Assembly (NCBI GenBank): GCA_039024555.1
Contig: JBCCQQ010000003.1
Coordinates: 96,001 to 160,000 of the forward strand
Direction: 5' to 3'
DNA length: 64,000 nt
DNA from: Cyanobacteria bacterium P01_D01_bin.156
GTDB taxonomy: Bacteria; Cyanobacteriota; Cyanobacteriia; Phormidesmidales; Phormidesmidaceae
Shown piece by piece: positions 1 to 10,840 of this stretch; position 1 is the stretch's first letter; every line of letters begins with the position of its first letter. A program made the position numbers and the translations under genes. The notes under the pieces were generated by a model. The model searched no databases. It was not told the DNA's origin and saw only the letters and a list, made by a program, of their open reading frames with translations.

Positions 1-1530
1 GATTTTTCGGATATTCATTGGCCACCCCAAGCGAGCGAGCGCACCATAGCAAAATCAGCGGTACCCACTGAAGTACGAATCAGACTGGGCCGCTATCTAG
101 ACCAGATTCAAATGATTTGGTCTACCCAAGAATTTACCGCCCATGGGGGCAAGGGCGCAGATTTAGAATCCTTTGCTCTCAGCAGGAATGAATATATCGC
201 TAATGTCAGGCTGACAGCACCTAGCAAACGCTATGTTGGCTCCGTCGAACTGATAACGAGCGCAGGGCGTAGTGTAATTTTTGGCAAACAAAAAGGAACC
301 GTTGTTGACCTCGGTGTACCCCCCAACCATAAAGTTATTGGATTTTATGGCAGCAGTGGTCGGTGGGTCGACCAGCTAGGGGTGATTGCAGCCTCTACCG
401 TAACCACCCTTCATCCACAGGCAACCATACCACCCACAGATCCACCAAATCATCACTCTGCAGGCAAGCCAGATCAAGCCTTACTAGATGCTATTCCCCG
501 TTCAGGCATTGAACTGATTAAAGAATTTGAAGGCTACGCACAAGCTTTACCCGATGGACGAGCTAAGGCCTATGCTGATCCGCTCCTGGGGTGGGAAGTC
601 CCCACCATTGGCTACGGCACCACCCGTTATCCAAACGGAGAAAAAGTCCGCGAGGGGGATGTCATTACCCAATCTGAAGCAGAGGATTACCTCATTCACC
701 ATGTAGATCAATCTTGCCGGAGTGTCCTAGAAAAAATTCCCACCTGGGACCAGATGACCAGCAACCAGCAGGGTGCACTGTATAGCTTTGCCTACAATCT
801 AGGGGCTGGCTTTTATCGAGGAAGTAACTTTGAGTCCATCACGCGGGTCTGCGATTCGCCAGAGCGCTGGCAGGATCAGCGCTGGATAGCGGCCCAGTTT
901 GTCAAATATCGTAATCCTGGAAGCTCTGTGGAAGCAGGTTTGAAACGGCGGCGGCTGGCAGAGGCAGACCTATTCTGCAAACCGGTAACAGCTGCCATAC
1001 CTAACTGGCAGGACGATCATGATGAGGCTGTAGAAGCCAGCGATCGCAAACCAGAGGAGCGATTAGACAAAACCATTCAAGCAGTTGCCGGGCATCAATC
1101 CATTGGAGCAGGATTTACCCCAGAGATGTCCTTTGACACGCTCATTACGCCCCACATCACCTACGGAGAATTTGCTCGGTATGAGGAGGAGCGTCGGTTT
1201 CGTTACACCTATCAATGTCAAACAGCCTATGACATCTGTCTCTTTTTAGAAAAATGTCGAGCTCATTTTGGTGGCAATCCTTTAGTGATTACATCCGGCT
1301 ATCGACCACCGGAAATCAATGCCAGAATTGGTGGTGCTCGCCGGTCTGAACATCTCTATGACACCCCAGACAAAGGTGCCGTGGATTTTTACATTAAGGG
1401 TGTCAGCATCTATGAAGTAGAAGCATGGTGTGACCAAAACTATCCTTACAGCATCGGTTATGGTGCTGCCAGAGGATTTGTGCATTTAGGAATGCGCCCT
1501 GGCAAACCACGGGTGCGCTGGGTATATTAG
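1..1530 (+). CDS. Multidomain peptidoglycan hydrolase: jacalin-like lectin + GH24 lysozyme + M15A peptidase (5' end outside window)
   Basis: Frame is open from base 1 (DFSDIHW...VRIRLGRYLDQIQMIW). Jacalin-like HGGKG...IGFYGSSGRWVDQLG; GH24 motif IKEFEG...AYAD...PTIGYGTT with SFAYNLG and GLKRRRLAEADLF; M15A motifs ITSGYR...SEH...AVDF...FVHLG. Confidence 0.8.
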   Translation, partial: DFSDIHWPPQASERTIAKSAVPTEVRIRLGRYLDQIQMIWSTQEFTAHGGKGADLESFALSRNEYIANVRLTAPSKRYVGSVELITSAGRSVIFGKQKGTVVDLGVPPNHKVIGFYGSSGRWVDQLGVIAASTVTTLHPQATIPPTDPPNHHSAGKPDQALLDAIPRSGIELIKEFEGYAQALPDGRAKAYADPLLGWEVPTIGYGTTRYPNGEKVREGDVITQSEAEDYLIHHVDQSCRSVLEKIPTWDQMTSNQQGALYSFAYNLGAGFYRGSNFESITRVCDSPERWQDQRWIAAQFVKYRNPGSSVEAGLKRRRLAEADLFCKPVTAAIPNWQDDHDEAVEASDRKPEERLDKTIQAVAGHQSIGAGFTPEMSFDTLITPHITYGEFARYEEERRFRYTYQCQTAYDICLFLEKCRAHFGGNPLVITSGYRPPEINARIGGARRSEHLYDTPDKGAVDFYIKGVSIYEVEAWCDQNYPYSIGYGAARGFVHLGMRPGKPRVRWVY

Positions 1531-1655
1531 CGTTCCTGGCTAGGTCAGAAATTTTGCAAGAGACGCCATAGTTCCCAAGAAATCTAAATGGTCCAACCAC
1601 AAGGAAAGTCCTGACCAGTACCCTGGTAAAGCAGATTTAAGCAACAATAGCGCCA

Positions 1656-3110
1656 GTGGATTTTTCTGCCCTGCCAACAACGGCATTTATTCAGCCTGAT
1701 GGTGAGAATCGCCATGAGATCACACCCTTACTTCATCAGGTAGTCGATCTTTTGGTGGAGCACATGGCTCAAGCGACCACGCGGTCACCGCTACCGGAGC
1801 CACTAGATCCAAGTGCCTGGGCTGAAATCCCCCATTCTTCGAGAAGTATAGAACAACTAATGGAGGACGTGCGATCGCACGTCCTCCATTCTATGAATGC
1901 TACACATCCTGGCTACATTGGCCACATGGACTCTATTCCCACCACAGTATCGGTAATGGGTGACATGCTCGTTGCGGCCCTCAACAACAATATGCTGAGT
2001 GTGGAAATGTCACCCGTATTCTCCCGTTTGGAGCATGTCGTTCTTCGGAAAATTGCCCAGCTATTCGGGTTAGGCACCCAAGCCAATGGGGTATTAGTCA
2101 GCTGCGGCAGTTTAGCCAATCTGCAGGCATTGGTTGTGGCTCGCAATGTGGCTTTTGATGCCCTCGATAAGGGACTACCTCGGGATAAACAGCCGGTCTT
2201 CTTCATTTCAGAAGTTGCCCATACATCTTTTCAAAAGGCGGCCATGGTCATGGGTTTAGGAACCGAGGCAGCTATTCCCATCAGCACCAACAAAAACTCT
2301 CAAGTCAAGCTGACTGACTTAGAAGACAAGTTAAAGCAGGCAAAAAACAATGGTCAACATCCCTTTGCCATTGTCGCCACTGCAGGCACTACAGTAACCG
2401 GCAGTATTGACCCCATTCCTGCGATGGCCAACCTGGCTGAGCAGCATAACCTTTGGTTTCACGTAGATGCCGCCTATGGGGGAGCACTGATGTTTTCAGA
2501 ACGTTATCGTCATTACCTGACGGGCATTGAACTTGCTGATTCAGTGACATTCAACCCTCAGAAATGGCTATACGTAGCGAAAACCTGCGCCATGGTCATG
2601 TTTCGACAATTTAAACAGCTGCAACATCACTTCCGGGTACTCGCTCCTTACATGCATGACCATGACGACTGGCCCAACCTTGGGGAGCTAACCGTTCAGG
2701 GCACTCGCCACGCAGATATTCTCAAACTGTGGCTATCGCTCCAGCACATTGGTCGTCAGGGATATGCTGCCATCATTGATCACAACTACGCCCTGACCCA
2801 AACCTTTATCAACGAGGTCAACAGTCGGCCATTTCTGACATTAGCCAGTCAGCCCCAGATGAATCTCATTTGTTTTCGCGCTGAACCGGTAGATATTGCA
2901 GCTCATCAGCACGATCCTTGGAATCATCAGCTACAGCAATGGTTACTCAAACAAGGACATACGTTTTTATCACTGCCTACCTACCGAGGGCAGAAATGGC
3001 TCAAGGCAGTTCTACTCAATCCCTTCACTACCGAGACACATATTGTTCAACTTTTTCAACAGATTGATGATTACCATGCCACCCACCAAACCATGACAGC
3101 TTCAACATGA
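1656..3110 (+). CDS. Group II PLP-dependent amino-acid decarboxylase
   Basis: HPGYIGHM, ATAGTTVTGSID, WFHVDAAYGG and ADSVTFNPQKW (PLP lysine) motifs. Confidence 0.85.
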   Translation: MDFSALPTTAFIQPDGENRHEITPLLHQVVDLLVEHMAQATTRSPLPEPLDPSAWAEIPHSSRSIEQLMEDVRSHVLHSMNATHPGYIGHMDSIPTTVSVMGDMLVAALNNNMLSVEMSPVFSRLEHVVLRKIAQLFGLGTQANGVLVSCGSLANLQALVVARNVAFDALDKGLPRDKQPVFFISEVAHTSFQKAAMVMGLGTEAAIPISTNKNSQVKLTDLEDKLKQAKNNGQHPFAIVATAGTTVTGSIDPIPAMANLAEQHNLWFHVDAAYGGALMFSERYRHYLTGIELADSVTFNPQKWLYVAKTCAMVMFRQFKQLQHHFRVLAPYMHDHDDWPNLGELTVQGTRHADILKLWLSLQHIGRQGYAAIIDHNYALTQTFINEVNSRPFLTLASQPQMNLICFRAEPVDIAAHQHDPWNHQLQQWLLKQGHTFLSLPTYRGQKWLKAVLLNPFTTETHIVQLFQQIDDYHATHQTMTAST

Positions 3111-3264
3111 CCATCGTGATGGACTGAACAGTTTGGGGGTTGGACTGCATAAAGCCCCATGCAGGGCTCATCACACCGAACTTGACGAATACTATTAGAA
3201 CAAACACACTAGTAGCGATCGCATCCCGCCTTTCTCTGCGTCCGCCATTGATTTGGATTCCACC

Positions 3265-4557
3265 ATGGTTAAACTACTCCACCTTTCCGATATCCACATG
3301 GGTAGTGGCTTTAGCCATGGACACATTAATCCAGATACTGGCTTAAATACTCGTCTGGAAGACTTTATCACTACCCTCAGTTACTGTATTGATCGTGCCC
3401 TGAGTGAGCCTGTTGATCTCGTCTTGTTTGGCGGTGATGCATTTCCTGATGCCACCCCACCGCCAGTTGTGCAGCAAGCGTTTGCTCAACAATTTCAACG
3501 TCTTGTCGCGGCTCACATCCCCACTGTTTTACTCGTGGGCAATCACGACCAGCACTCCCAAGGAATGGGGGGAGCTAGCCTCTGCATTTATCGCACCCTA
3601 GGCGTACCCGACGTGATTGTTGGAGATAGTCTCACCACTCATCGCATTAACACCCAAGCAGGTCCGGTGCAGATTGTGACTCTGCCCTGGCTTAACCACT
3701 CCAACCTCCTCACCCATCCCGAAACCGACGGACTTCCCCTGAGCACCGTTAACGAACTCATGCTAGAGCGCCTGAGAATTGCATTGGAAGGAGAAATACG
3801 AAAATTAGATCCAGCCATACCCAGCATTTTATTAGGCCACCTAATGACCGACACTGCCCGCTACGGAGCTGAAAAATTTTTAGCTGTTGGCAAGGGCTTT
3901 ACTGTCCCCATGGCTCTATTAGCCCGTCCATGCTTTGACTATGTTGCCTTGGGGCACGTACACAAACACCAAGTCTTATGCCAGCATCCGCCTGTTGTCT
4001 ACCCTGGCAGCATCGAGCGGGTAGACTTTAGCGAAGAAAAAGAAACCAAGGGTTTCATACTGGCAGAGATCGATACAGATAAGGCAGTGGTGAAATTTTG
4101 CCCTTTACCCGTTCGTGTATTCAAAACCCTAGACGTAGATCTAGCTACGACTCCAGAGCCTCAACCCAAGCTGGAAAAAGCAATTAAAAAAGCCAAACTT
4201 GCGGATGCTGTCGTGCGTTTAATTTACAAAATCAGCCCCAGCCAGGTGGATGACATAGACCACGCAGCAATACATAACCTGCTAAGTCAAACCCATAGCT
4301 ATACAATTCATCCTGAACTAGTTAGCCAGCTATCACGGCCCCGTTTACCTGAACTCACCTCCGAGACCACCCGTGACCCCATCAAGGCTTTACAAACTTA
4401 CCTAGCGAACCGCACTGATCTAGAGGATCTTCGTGAAGACATGCTGACAGCAGCTCAGACTCTGCTGTCAGAAAATATGAACACCTCTGTTATCAGTGAC
4501 GAATCCGATATCTCAGCTGACGACACAGACAATAATCAACAACTGAGGCTTTTATAA
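3265..4557 (+). CDS. sbcD: Exonuclease SbcCD subunit D
   Basis: Metallophosphoesterase motifs HLSDIHMG, GGDAF, GNHD, YVALGHVH, YPGSIERVDF. ATG at 3265 preferred over TTG at 3253. Confidence 0.9.
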   Translation: MVKLLHLSDIHMGSGFSHGHINPDTGLNTRLEDFITTLSYCIDRALSEPVDLVLFGGDAFPDATPPPVVQQAFAQQFQRLVAAHIPTVLLVGNHDQHSQGMGGASLCIYRTLGVPDVIVGDSLTTHRINTQAGPVQIVTLPWLNHSNLLTHPETDGLPLSTVNELMLERLRIALEGEIRKLDPAIPSILLGHLMTDTARYGAEKFLAVGKGFTVPMALLARPCFDYVALGHVHKHQVLCQHPPVVYPGSIERVDFSEEKETKGFILAEIDTDKAVVKFCPLPVRVFKTLDVDLATTPEPQPKLEKAIKKAKLADAVVRLIYKISPSQVDDIDHAAIHNLLSQTHSYTIHPELVSQLSRPRLPELTSETTRDPIKALQTYLANRTDLEDLREDMLTAAQTLLSENMNTSVISDESDISADDTDNNQQLRLL

Positions 4558-4571
4558 AGGATCTCATACAC

Positions 4572-5432
4572 TTAAAGACAGGCAACCCATTGCTTGAGCC
4601 CCGAGCAAACCTGATTCAAAAAGTCCAAGTCTAGAGTGTCTAATGTATCGCTAGAGCGATGATAGTGAGGATTGCGCAGATCCGCTGTATCCGTCACAAG
4701 GATGGCATTGTATCCTGCATCCCAAAAAGGAGCATGATCGCTACGACGAGTGGCTGGCAATGGTTTACCACGATTAAACATCGGTAACCAGGCACAGTTG
4801 ACCCCAGCTTGCCTAAAATTCTGCTGTAACCGCCAGAGTATGGGTATGGTGGGCCAATTACCAATGAGGGCAATAAAATCCCCTGTCTTAGGATAGAAAT
4901 AATCCAAACCTGGCAAAGGGTAAGTTTGGCTAGACTGAGGGGCTGACGACCGCACACAGTAGCCCAGCATCTCTAACGAAAGCATGACATGTACAGGCTG
5001 TCCTACAAAGGTTTCCACATAAGCATGGCTGCCTAATAAACCATATTCTTCTAAATCAAAAGCCACTAACCGCACTGGTCGTCGTGGCAATTGGGTCGAC
5101 AGATACCTTGCTAATTCCAACAAAACGGCTACCCCGGTTGCATTATCGTCAGCACCAGGGCAACCAGGGACTGTATCGTAGTGAGCGCCAATCACAACAG
5201 GGGCCAGGCTTGTCTGTCCAGGAATATCTAAATAGAGGTTGTAATGCGGCTGTCCCCGACATGTAAACGGTATTTTTTGAGGTGTGCCCCACTGTTCTAG
5301 CTGTTTTTGAATGTAATACCGGACATAGTAATGCCCCTGTCTAGCAAGATAGGGATCACGCTCACGAATTAATTCTTTGAGATGGGACACTAAATGCTGC
5401 CACTGAGAATCATCAACCATAGGCAAGTTCAA
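4572..5432 (-). CDS. M28 family metallopeptidase
   Basis: GAHYD, PGADDNATG, FDLEE, LEM, RRSDH, PHYH motifs. Confidence 0.88.
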   Translation of the reverse strand: MNLPMVDDSQWQHLVSHLKELIRERDPYLARQGHYYVRYYIQKQLEQWGTPQKIPFTCRGQPHYNLYLDIPGQTSLAPVVIGAHYDTVPGCPGADDNATGVAVLLELARYLSTQLPRRPVRLVAFDLEEYGLLGSHAYVETFVGQPVHVMLSLEMLGYCVRSSAPQSSQTYPLPGLDYFYPKTGDFIALIGNWPTIPILWRLQQNFRQAGVNCAWLPMFNRGKPLPATRRSDHAPFWDAGYNAILVTDTADLRNPHYHRSSDTLDTLDLDFLNQVCSGLKQWVACL

Positions 5433-5759
5433 GGAACTCAGATTGCAATTGAATTAGGGCACTGCCGAACGTCAAGGTGATTTTTTGCAAGCTCGAGCTA
5501 TTCAAGGTACATATTAGTTAACTGATAACTTCAAGACGCTCTTAGTATCAGGGAAAATACGCAAACTACCATTTTTTATTTCTAGGGAATATTTATATTA
5601 CTTATCTTTGGCAGCCACATTCTGTCTCCCAACAGGCTTGAATCACAAGCTATGTATCCTTTTTCAGGGTTGAGGTTGACGTGCAAGCGGCCCAACCCTA
5701 ATTACGGGGTCACTGACAATCTGCCCTAACAAATAGAACAGACTGTATACTGATCAAAA

Positions 5760-5775
5760 TGTAATATTCAATACA
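5760..5775. promoter_or_regulatory. Candidate NtcA box
   Basis: TGTA-ATATTCAA-TACA fits TGTA-N8-TACA and lies just downstream of a TATACT -10-like hexamer (5746-5751). Confidence 0.35.
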
Positions 5776-5892
5776 AAAGTCAGGCCCAGAGACTTGCGTT
5801 ATTTCCTATCTATCTGGCAGAAGTCTCTATCAAATCAAGAAAAATTTAACCTTTAAGGTTTTAGTTTTCGATTTGAAATTGCTTCTCTACCT

Positions 5893-7119
5893 GTGTGTTC
5901 ACTTGTTAGTTCATCTATGTTTGATGTACCGGTTTTGGAAGTAACCGTACCTTTATCTTCAGGACTTTCCGAAGATTTTAGTCACAGTAAGGCTCGATCA
6001 AGCCCCTATATTCCTTCATCCTTATCAAATGCCGTTGTCACCTTGTCTAAACCCAAGCAGACGACGGCGGATGTTATGGATGAATCTATTGTTCCTAATG
6101 ATGCTGAGGTTCAAGCGCTAACACCTCAGGATGAAGATGCATTTCAAGCATTAAAGCCACTCAATTTGGCCAGGGTTACTGCTGCATTTGAGCAAGTTTT
6201 GACACTTTCTGTCGAAGCCCCCTCGCCCGTTGAGCCAGCTCCATTAGTCTCTAGTCAGAGCACCAAAACAATCCTTCCAACAGCTCCAGAGGTAGTGAGC
6301 TCCATATCGGATAAGAGCAACGATACTGGACCCCAATCTGTGATCTTAGATCTCAGACAACCATCATCGCCTCCGGTGGTTTTACGGCAGGAACTACAGC
6401 AATGTGTTGTTAGTGATATGCCGCCAGCAGCTAATCACAAGGCATACGCTAGCTTTCAACTGATGAAGCAAGGGGTAGCCGTTGGCAATATCTTAAATAT
6501 TAAGGATGCTGCAGGATTAGCAGGTTCTATAGAAGCTATGTTGGCACCTGGCAACCTAGATCCGAATAATATCCAACCTGTTTTAGATGAAACTGAGCCT
6601 GCAATTCAGCTAGGTGATGACATTCGATTGGAATTTATCAACCTAGCTGACACGCATGAGACATCTACCCCTTCAGATAGTGCAAGTAAATGGGCGACTA
6701 TTACTTGGACCGATCAGCTACGTCAAGCAATGGGCGGAACTCCCTTAGACCCTGGTAACATTTACGTACTGCTCAAAGGATTGAAGGCGTCTGAAAAACA
6801 GCTCAGTGGCATTGCCTCATGGTATGGGCCTTATTTTCACGGACGACTCACGGCCAATGGTGAAATCTTTGATCAAGGCACATTGACCGCAGCCCACAAA
6901 GCACTGCCTTTTAATACGATGCTGCAAGTTCGAAACTTGAATAATAATCGAACAGTTGTAGTGCGCATCAACGATAGGGGGCCTTACATTGGCAAACGTT
7001 CCTTAGATTTATCCAAGGCAGCTGCTCAATGTTTAGGAAGTCAGGATGTCGGGATTATTCCTTACGAGGCAGTCATTCTCGAAGAGCAACCGCCAGAAAC
7101 AGTTCCAGCCGATAGTTAA
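5893..7119 (+). CDS. rlpA: RlpA-family septal lytic transglycosylase (C-terminal DPBB domain, long N-terminal extension; start uncertain)
   Basis: [47 protein letters not shown]. Confidence 0.85.
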   Translation: MCSLVSSSMFDVPVLEVTVPLSSGLSEDFSHSKARSSPYIPSSLSNAVVTLSKPKQTTADVMDESIVPNDAEVQALTPQDEDAFQALKPLNLARVTAAFEQVLTLSVEAPSPVEPAPLVSSQSTKTILPTAPEVVSSISDKSNDTGPQSVILDLRQPSSPPVVLRQELQQCVVSDMPPAANHKAYASFQLMKQGVAVGNILNIKDAAGLAGSIEAMLAPGNLDPNNIQPVLDETEPAIQLGDDIRLEFINLADTHETSTPSDSASKWATITWTDQLRQAMGGTPLDPGNIYVLLKGLKASEKQLSGIASWYGPYFHGRLTANGEIFDQGTLTAAHKALPFNTMLQVRNLNNNRTVVVRINDRGPYIGKRSLDLSKAAAQCLGSQDVGIIPYEAVILEEQPPETVPADS

Positions 7120-7214
7120 TGCCTCACCCATTTTTTACGTCCTAGCAGCTCTCCCAACTCATGCGACAACTGCATTGTCAGTCGCAGCCAATACCCTCAA
7201 ACCTGCCAGGTAAA

Positions 7215-7457
7215 CTACCAGGTGGGATCGACATATAGATTAATCACATAGGGAGATTGCCCAGAAGGAACAGCTGAAATACAAGCACAAATGGGATCTT
7301 CCTGTCCTTCTACCTCTACTTCACATGCATGACAGGACCCCATTAAGCAGCCTGTAGGAATAGTGACGCCTGCACGTTCAGCAACCTGAAGCAAGGGCTC
7401 CCCTGGAGTTGCGTTAACGGTGACATTATCAGGTAAAAAACGAACTTCAACGTTCAT
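7215..7457 (-). CDS. 2Fe-2S ferredoxin-like protein
   Basis: IPTGCLMGSCHACEV...ICACI. ATG at 7457 preferred. Confidence 0.85.
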   Translation of the reverse strand: MNVEVRFLPDNVTVNATPGEPLLQVAERAGVTIPTGCLMGSCHACEVEVEGQEDPICACISAVPSGQSPYVINLYVDPTW

Positions 7458-7541
7458 AGGATGTTCGTCAATGTGAATCACAAAGAAATATTAACAAGCC
7501 TATGTCGGCATTTCTAGGGTTGATTTGAGAAGGTTGTTCCA

Positions 7542-7952
7542 TTAAGACGACTCCACCATGGCCTTAGCAGGTGCTGAGTCGCTTGGAGAGCCATTTAGAA
7601 ACCGATGTTTTGTATGCCACCAATGCTGCATTTCGCGGGATAGCTTGGCAGTGTACAGGGTAATTACAATCGGCTGAGCGCGGTATCCTTGCCCAACAAC
7701 TTCCACACAGTAGGAGGGGTGGCGTTTTGTTGCCAGGTCAACAATGAACCGTCGCCCGATCCTACGCCAACTAGGTTCCTTGCCTCGCCATTGCAAACGA
7801 CAACAGGGCCAGGGCAGTTGTTCACGATCAAACAGCTGACAACAGGGTCCAATGACACGATAGGTCAAGTGGGCACCAGGGCTTTGAAAGATATGTCCGG
7901 TGCCCCAGGGATGTTCCCCTGGTGGGGGTTGGGATGAAACGACTGATATCAA
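7542..7952 (-). CDS. Conserved cyanobacterial hypothetical protein
   Basis: Protein-like core GPCCQLFDREQLPWPCCRLQWRGKEPSWRRIG. The longer ORF call overlaps the DUF2470 gene, so the TTG at 7952 (after AGGA) is preferred. Confidence 0.6.
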   Translation of the reverse strand: MISVVSSQPPPGEHPWGTGHIFQSPGAHLTYRVIGPCCQLFDREQLPWPCCRLQWRGKEPSWRRIGRRFIVDLATKRHPSYCVEVVGQGYRAQPIVITLYTAKLSREMQHWWHTKHRFLNGSPSDSAPAKAMVESS

Positions 7953-8111
7953 AGTCCTGCTTTGGAATGAATAATGTTCGTTAGGATGCCTAAAGGTGCT
8001 TACTCCTGCAGGGCTTTGGACTCTAGCCCTAGCGTGACGTGCAAGTCCCCTATAGATAGAATATTTGCTGTAGAACAGTAAGTAGTGTACGAAATTTTGT
8101 AGGAAAGTTCT

Positions 8112-8387
8112 ATGGCTGAAGCAATCACTCCTCCAGTTAGCGATCGCATTTGCAAACACATGAATGACGACCACGCAGATGCAGTCCTCATTTATGTCCA
8201 AAAATTTGGCGATGCCACAGGTGCGACGGATGCCACCATGAAAGCCATCGATGCCACTGGCATGGATCTAGAAGCAACCATTGACGGCCAGAGCACTCCC
8301 GTCCGTATTAGCTTTGAGCGTCCTCTAGCTGATGCAAAAGATGCTCATCATATGCTTGTAGACATGCTCAAGCAAGTCAAACAATAA
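8112..8387 (+). CDS. DUF2470 domain protein
   Basis: SDRICKHMNDDHADAV...MKAIDATGMDL...RISF motif. Confidence 0.85.
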   Translation: MAEAITPPVSDRICKHMNDDHADAVLIYVQKFGDATGATDATMKAIDATGMDLEATIDGQSTPVRISFERPLADAKDAHHMLVDMLKQVKQ

Positions 8388-8514
8388 GAAAATTTAGCGT
8401 TGCTGCTCCTCGGGATGATTTCAGCTGCCAAATCTAGGTAAATAGTCAGTTCTACAGAACATTTCAAAGTACGCAGTAAAGTCCCAGCAGCAGCGGCCAC
8501 TTCAGAAATACCCC

Positions 8515-9174
8515 TTATTCTTCCAAATCGCTGATAGGAACGTTAGAGCACGCTCGACGATAATCATTCCCCCCCCAATACGTCGACCCACAAAGATTGG
8601 CATCTGTTAAATCCACATCATGGACAAAGGTGACATCAAAATTTGTACGTTGCAGTTGAGTCCCTACAAACCTAGTTTTAAAGATGTATGCCTCTTCAAA
8701 ATCAGCACCCACCATGTCAGCGCCTGAGAAGTCGGCATAGTTCATCAATGCATTCTCAAAATCAGCCTCTATAAACTCAGCCGGGGTCAGCACCGGTTCG
8801 CCATCACTACCAACACCTACTATGGGTGCCGCACTGACATAGGCTAAGTTTGCATATCTTAAATCAGCACCCGACAGATTAGCACCATCCAAAACTGCGT
8901 AAAATAAGTTGGCGTTTTTCAGGTTGGCACCTTCTAGATTGGCACCTGTCAGATCTAATCGACGTAGGTCCGCTCCTCCTAAATTACAGCCGGGGCAGTC
9001 TTTCGTATCGATCACGCGTTGCAGGTCATCTACATCTAACGCTTGGGCAACTCCGGTCTGGGCCAGCATGGAGACACAGGCTGTGACGCCTGCCAAAGCG
9101 ACCGCACGATGAACACATCGCTTTACCCGCTGAGCTATTTCTTGAACCATCGGCTGTATTAGGAAACTCCTCAA
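8515..9174 (-). CDS. Pentapeptide repeat protein with probable signal peptide
   Basis: TKDCPGCNLGGADL followed by A(N/D)Lxx repeats; AQA cleavage-like site. Confidence 0.85.
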   Translation of the reverse strand: MRSFLIQPMVQEIAQRVKRCVHRAVALAGVTACVSMLAQTGVAQALDVDDLQRVIDTKDCPGCNLGGADLRRLDLTGANLEGANLKNANLFYAVLDGANLSGADLRYANLAYVSAAPIVGVGSDGEPVLTPAEFIEADFENALMNYADFSGADMVGADFEEAYIFKTRFVGTQLQRTNFDVTFVHDVDLTDANLCGSTYWGGNDYRRACSNVPISDLEE

Positions 9175-9507
9175 GGACTACTCTATCGTGTCAAATTCAT
9201 CCTGAATGCGACAAGCCTTGTCTCTCACTTAGGTAATTCCACTTATATGAGAGCACTTCAGAATGTTGAGTCAAAAAGGACCGTTCTAGCACCCTGGCAT
9301 GCGCTTACTCAGGTGCCGCAATAACCCTAAAAAAAGCCAAAAGAACTGCCTTGGTGATCCGGTTCATCCGTAGGGTTAAACAAAGACATTCCTGGGTAAC
9401 CTGACTCACACTTCCATCAAGAAAAATTACTCTAACGTTCCGTCCCTTTGCCCCTTCGGCAAGATTCAACTTAGGTCCTGCTCATAGTTCAATTTCAACC
9501 AACCCTC

Positions 9508-10737
9508 ATGAAATCACTACGCTTCGCGATCGCAGCGGTCACCGCCGCCACTCTGACACTGTTTGGAGCCACTACCCGCGTCAATGCTCAAGCCTTTGAC
9601 AGCGTTGAAGTCAGTCAAGACGACTTTGTTCTAGTATCGAGCCCAGGTGGCGGATTGCTCGGTCGACCTCAATTCATGATCATTGAGCAAAAAAGTGATG
9701 CCCAACTGTGCTGGAGTGAGTCTGGTACTAACCCAACACAGGTAGAGCCCCTACTCCTTAACTTTGACTTTTCAGGTATTTGCGGTCGCAGTACTGACAG
9801 CAATGGTTATTCAATTCGTGCAGGTGACGGTGATGCGGGCAGCCGATTTAACCTAGATTTACAGGAAGAAGATGGCGAATATATCCTCGTTGGTCGCCCC
9901 AGCAACTTTCCCACCAATCCCTATCGAAATTCCCCACCCATCCGTCTAGGACGCACGTTTGGTCAGGCCAGTAACGGATTTACCAAGATTTTTCTAAATC
10001 CAGGTTGGCGACTCACCCGTCGTGCCTTTGAAGGCCGTAACCTGGGTCATATGTATCTAACCAACGATGCCACCTTGGCCGCCATCGTCGAACAAGGCGG
10101 GGGTACCGTAATTGCTACGCCGCCGCCCACGGAGCCCCCAACGACTGTCGCATTCCGAGATGTGACCAACGATGTTTATGCAGACCAGATTAGCCGAGCA
10201 GTCGCCATTGGCTTTATTGCTGGATTCCAGGATGGAACTTTTCGCCCTCGTAATTCCCTTACCCGTGAGCAGCTAGTCTCTATGGTGATAGAAGCTTTAG
10301 ATGCCCAGGATAATATCTCCATTGCTCTACCGAGCCAGGTCACTAGTAATCCCTTTTCCGATGTAGTCAGTACTCGCTGGAGTGCTGCCAAGATTCAGTT
10401 TGCCAGCCAAAGTGGGATTGTCAGCGGCTATTTGGATGGTACCTTTCGTCCAGCAGACGAGGTTACACGAGCTGAAATGATTGCCGTACTGCGTCGGGCG
10501 GCTGAATATCGCAAACAGGTACTAGGCCAGGGCACTGCGTTATCTGCAACACAGCAGGCTTTTAGCTTTTCTGACACAGAGGGGCATTGGGCCGCTGACG
10601 TGATTTCAAATCTATCGGCCTACTGTGGTATTGCCACCCCCGTCAATGAGACGGGTTCAGCCTTCATACCCAATAGCGATGCCCTACGTAACTATGCCGC
10701 GACTGCGGTCGTACGTTTGGTAGATTGTTCTAGCTAA
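9508..10737 (+). CDS. DUF3747 + S-layer homology (SLH) domain protein
   Basis: Signal peptide; CWSESG...PLLLNFDFSGICGRSTDSNGYSIR; SLH motifs FRDV...GFQDGTFRP...TRE and GYLDGTFRP...TRAE. Confidence 0.85.
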   Translation: MKSLRFAIAAVTAATLTLFGATTRVNAQAFDSVEVSQDDFVLVSSPGGGLLGRPQFMIIEQKSDAQLCWSESGTNPTQVEPLLLNFDFSGICGRSTDSNGYSIRAGDGDAGSRFNLDLQEEDGEYILVGRPSNFPTNPYRNSPPIRLGRTFGQASNGFTKIFLNPGWRLTRRAFEGRNLGHMYLTNDATLAAIVEQGGGTVIATPPPTEPPTTVAFRDVTNDVYADQISRAVAIGFIAGFQDGTFRPRNSLTREQLVSMVIEALDAQDNISIALPSQVTSNPFSDVVSTRWSAAKIQFASQSGIVSGYLDGTFRPADEVTRAEMIAVLRRAAEYRKQVLGQGTALSATQQAFSFSDTEGHWAADVISNLSAYCGIATPVNETGSAFIPNSDALRNYAATAVVRLVDCSS

Positions 10738-10805
10738 GAGATAGGAGGATGGTTTTTAAGATCAAATCATCTCTGTCCATAAATCTCAAGCGTTGAATTC
10801 TCCTT

Positions 10806-10840
10806 GCAAGAGGCCGTTCTTAGGAAATGGCCTCTTTTGC
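10806..10840 (+). terminator. Probable intrinsic terminator
   Basis: Stem AAGAGGCCGTT / AATGGCCTCTT followed by TT, downstream of the SLH gene. Confidence 0.55.
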
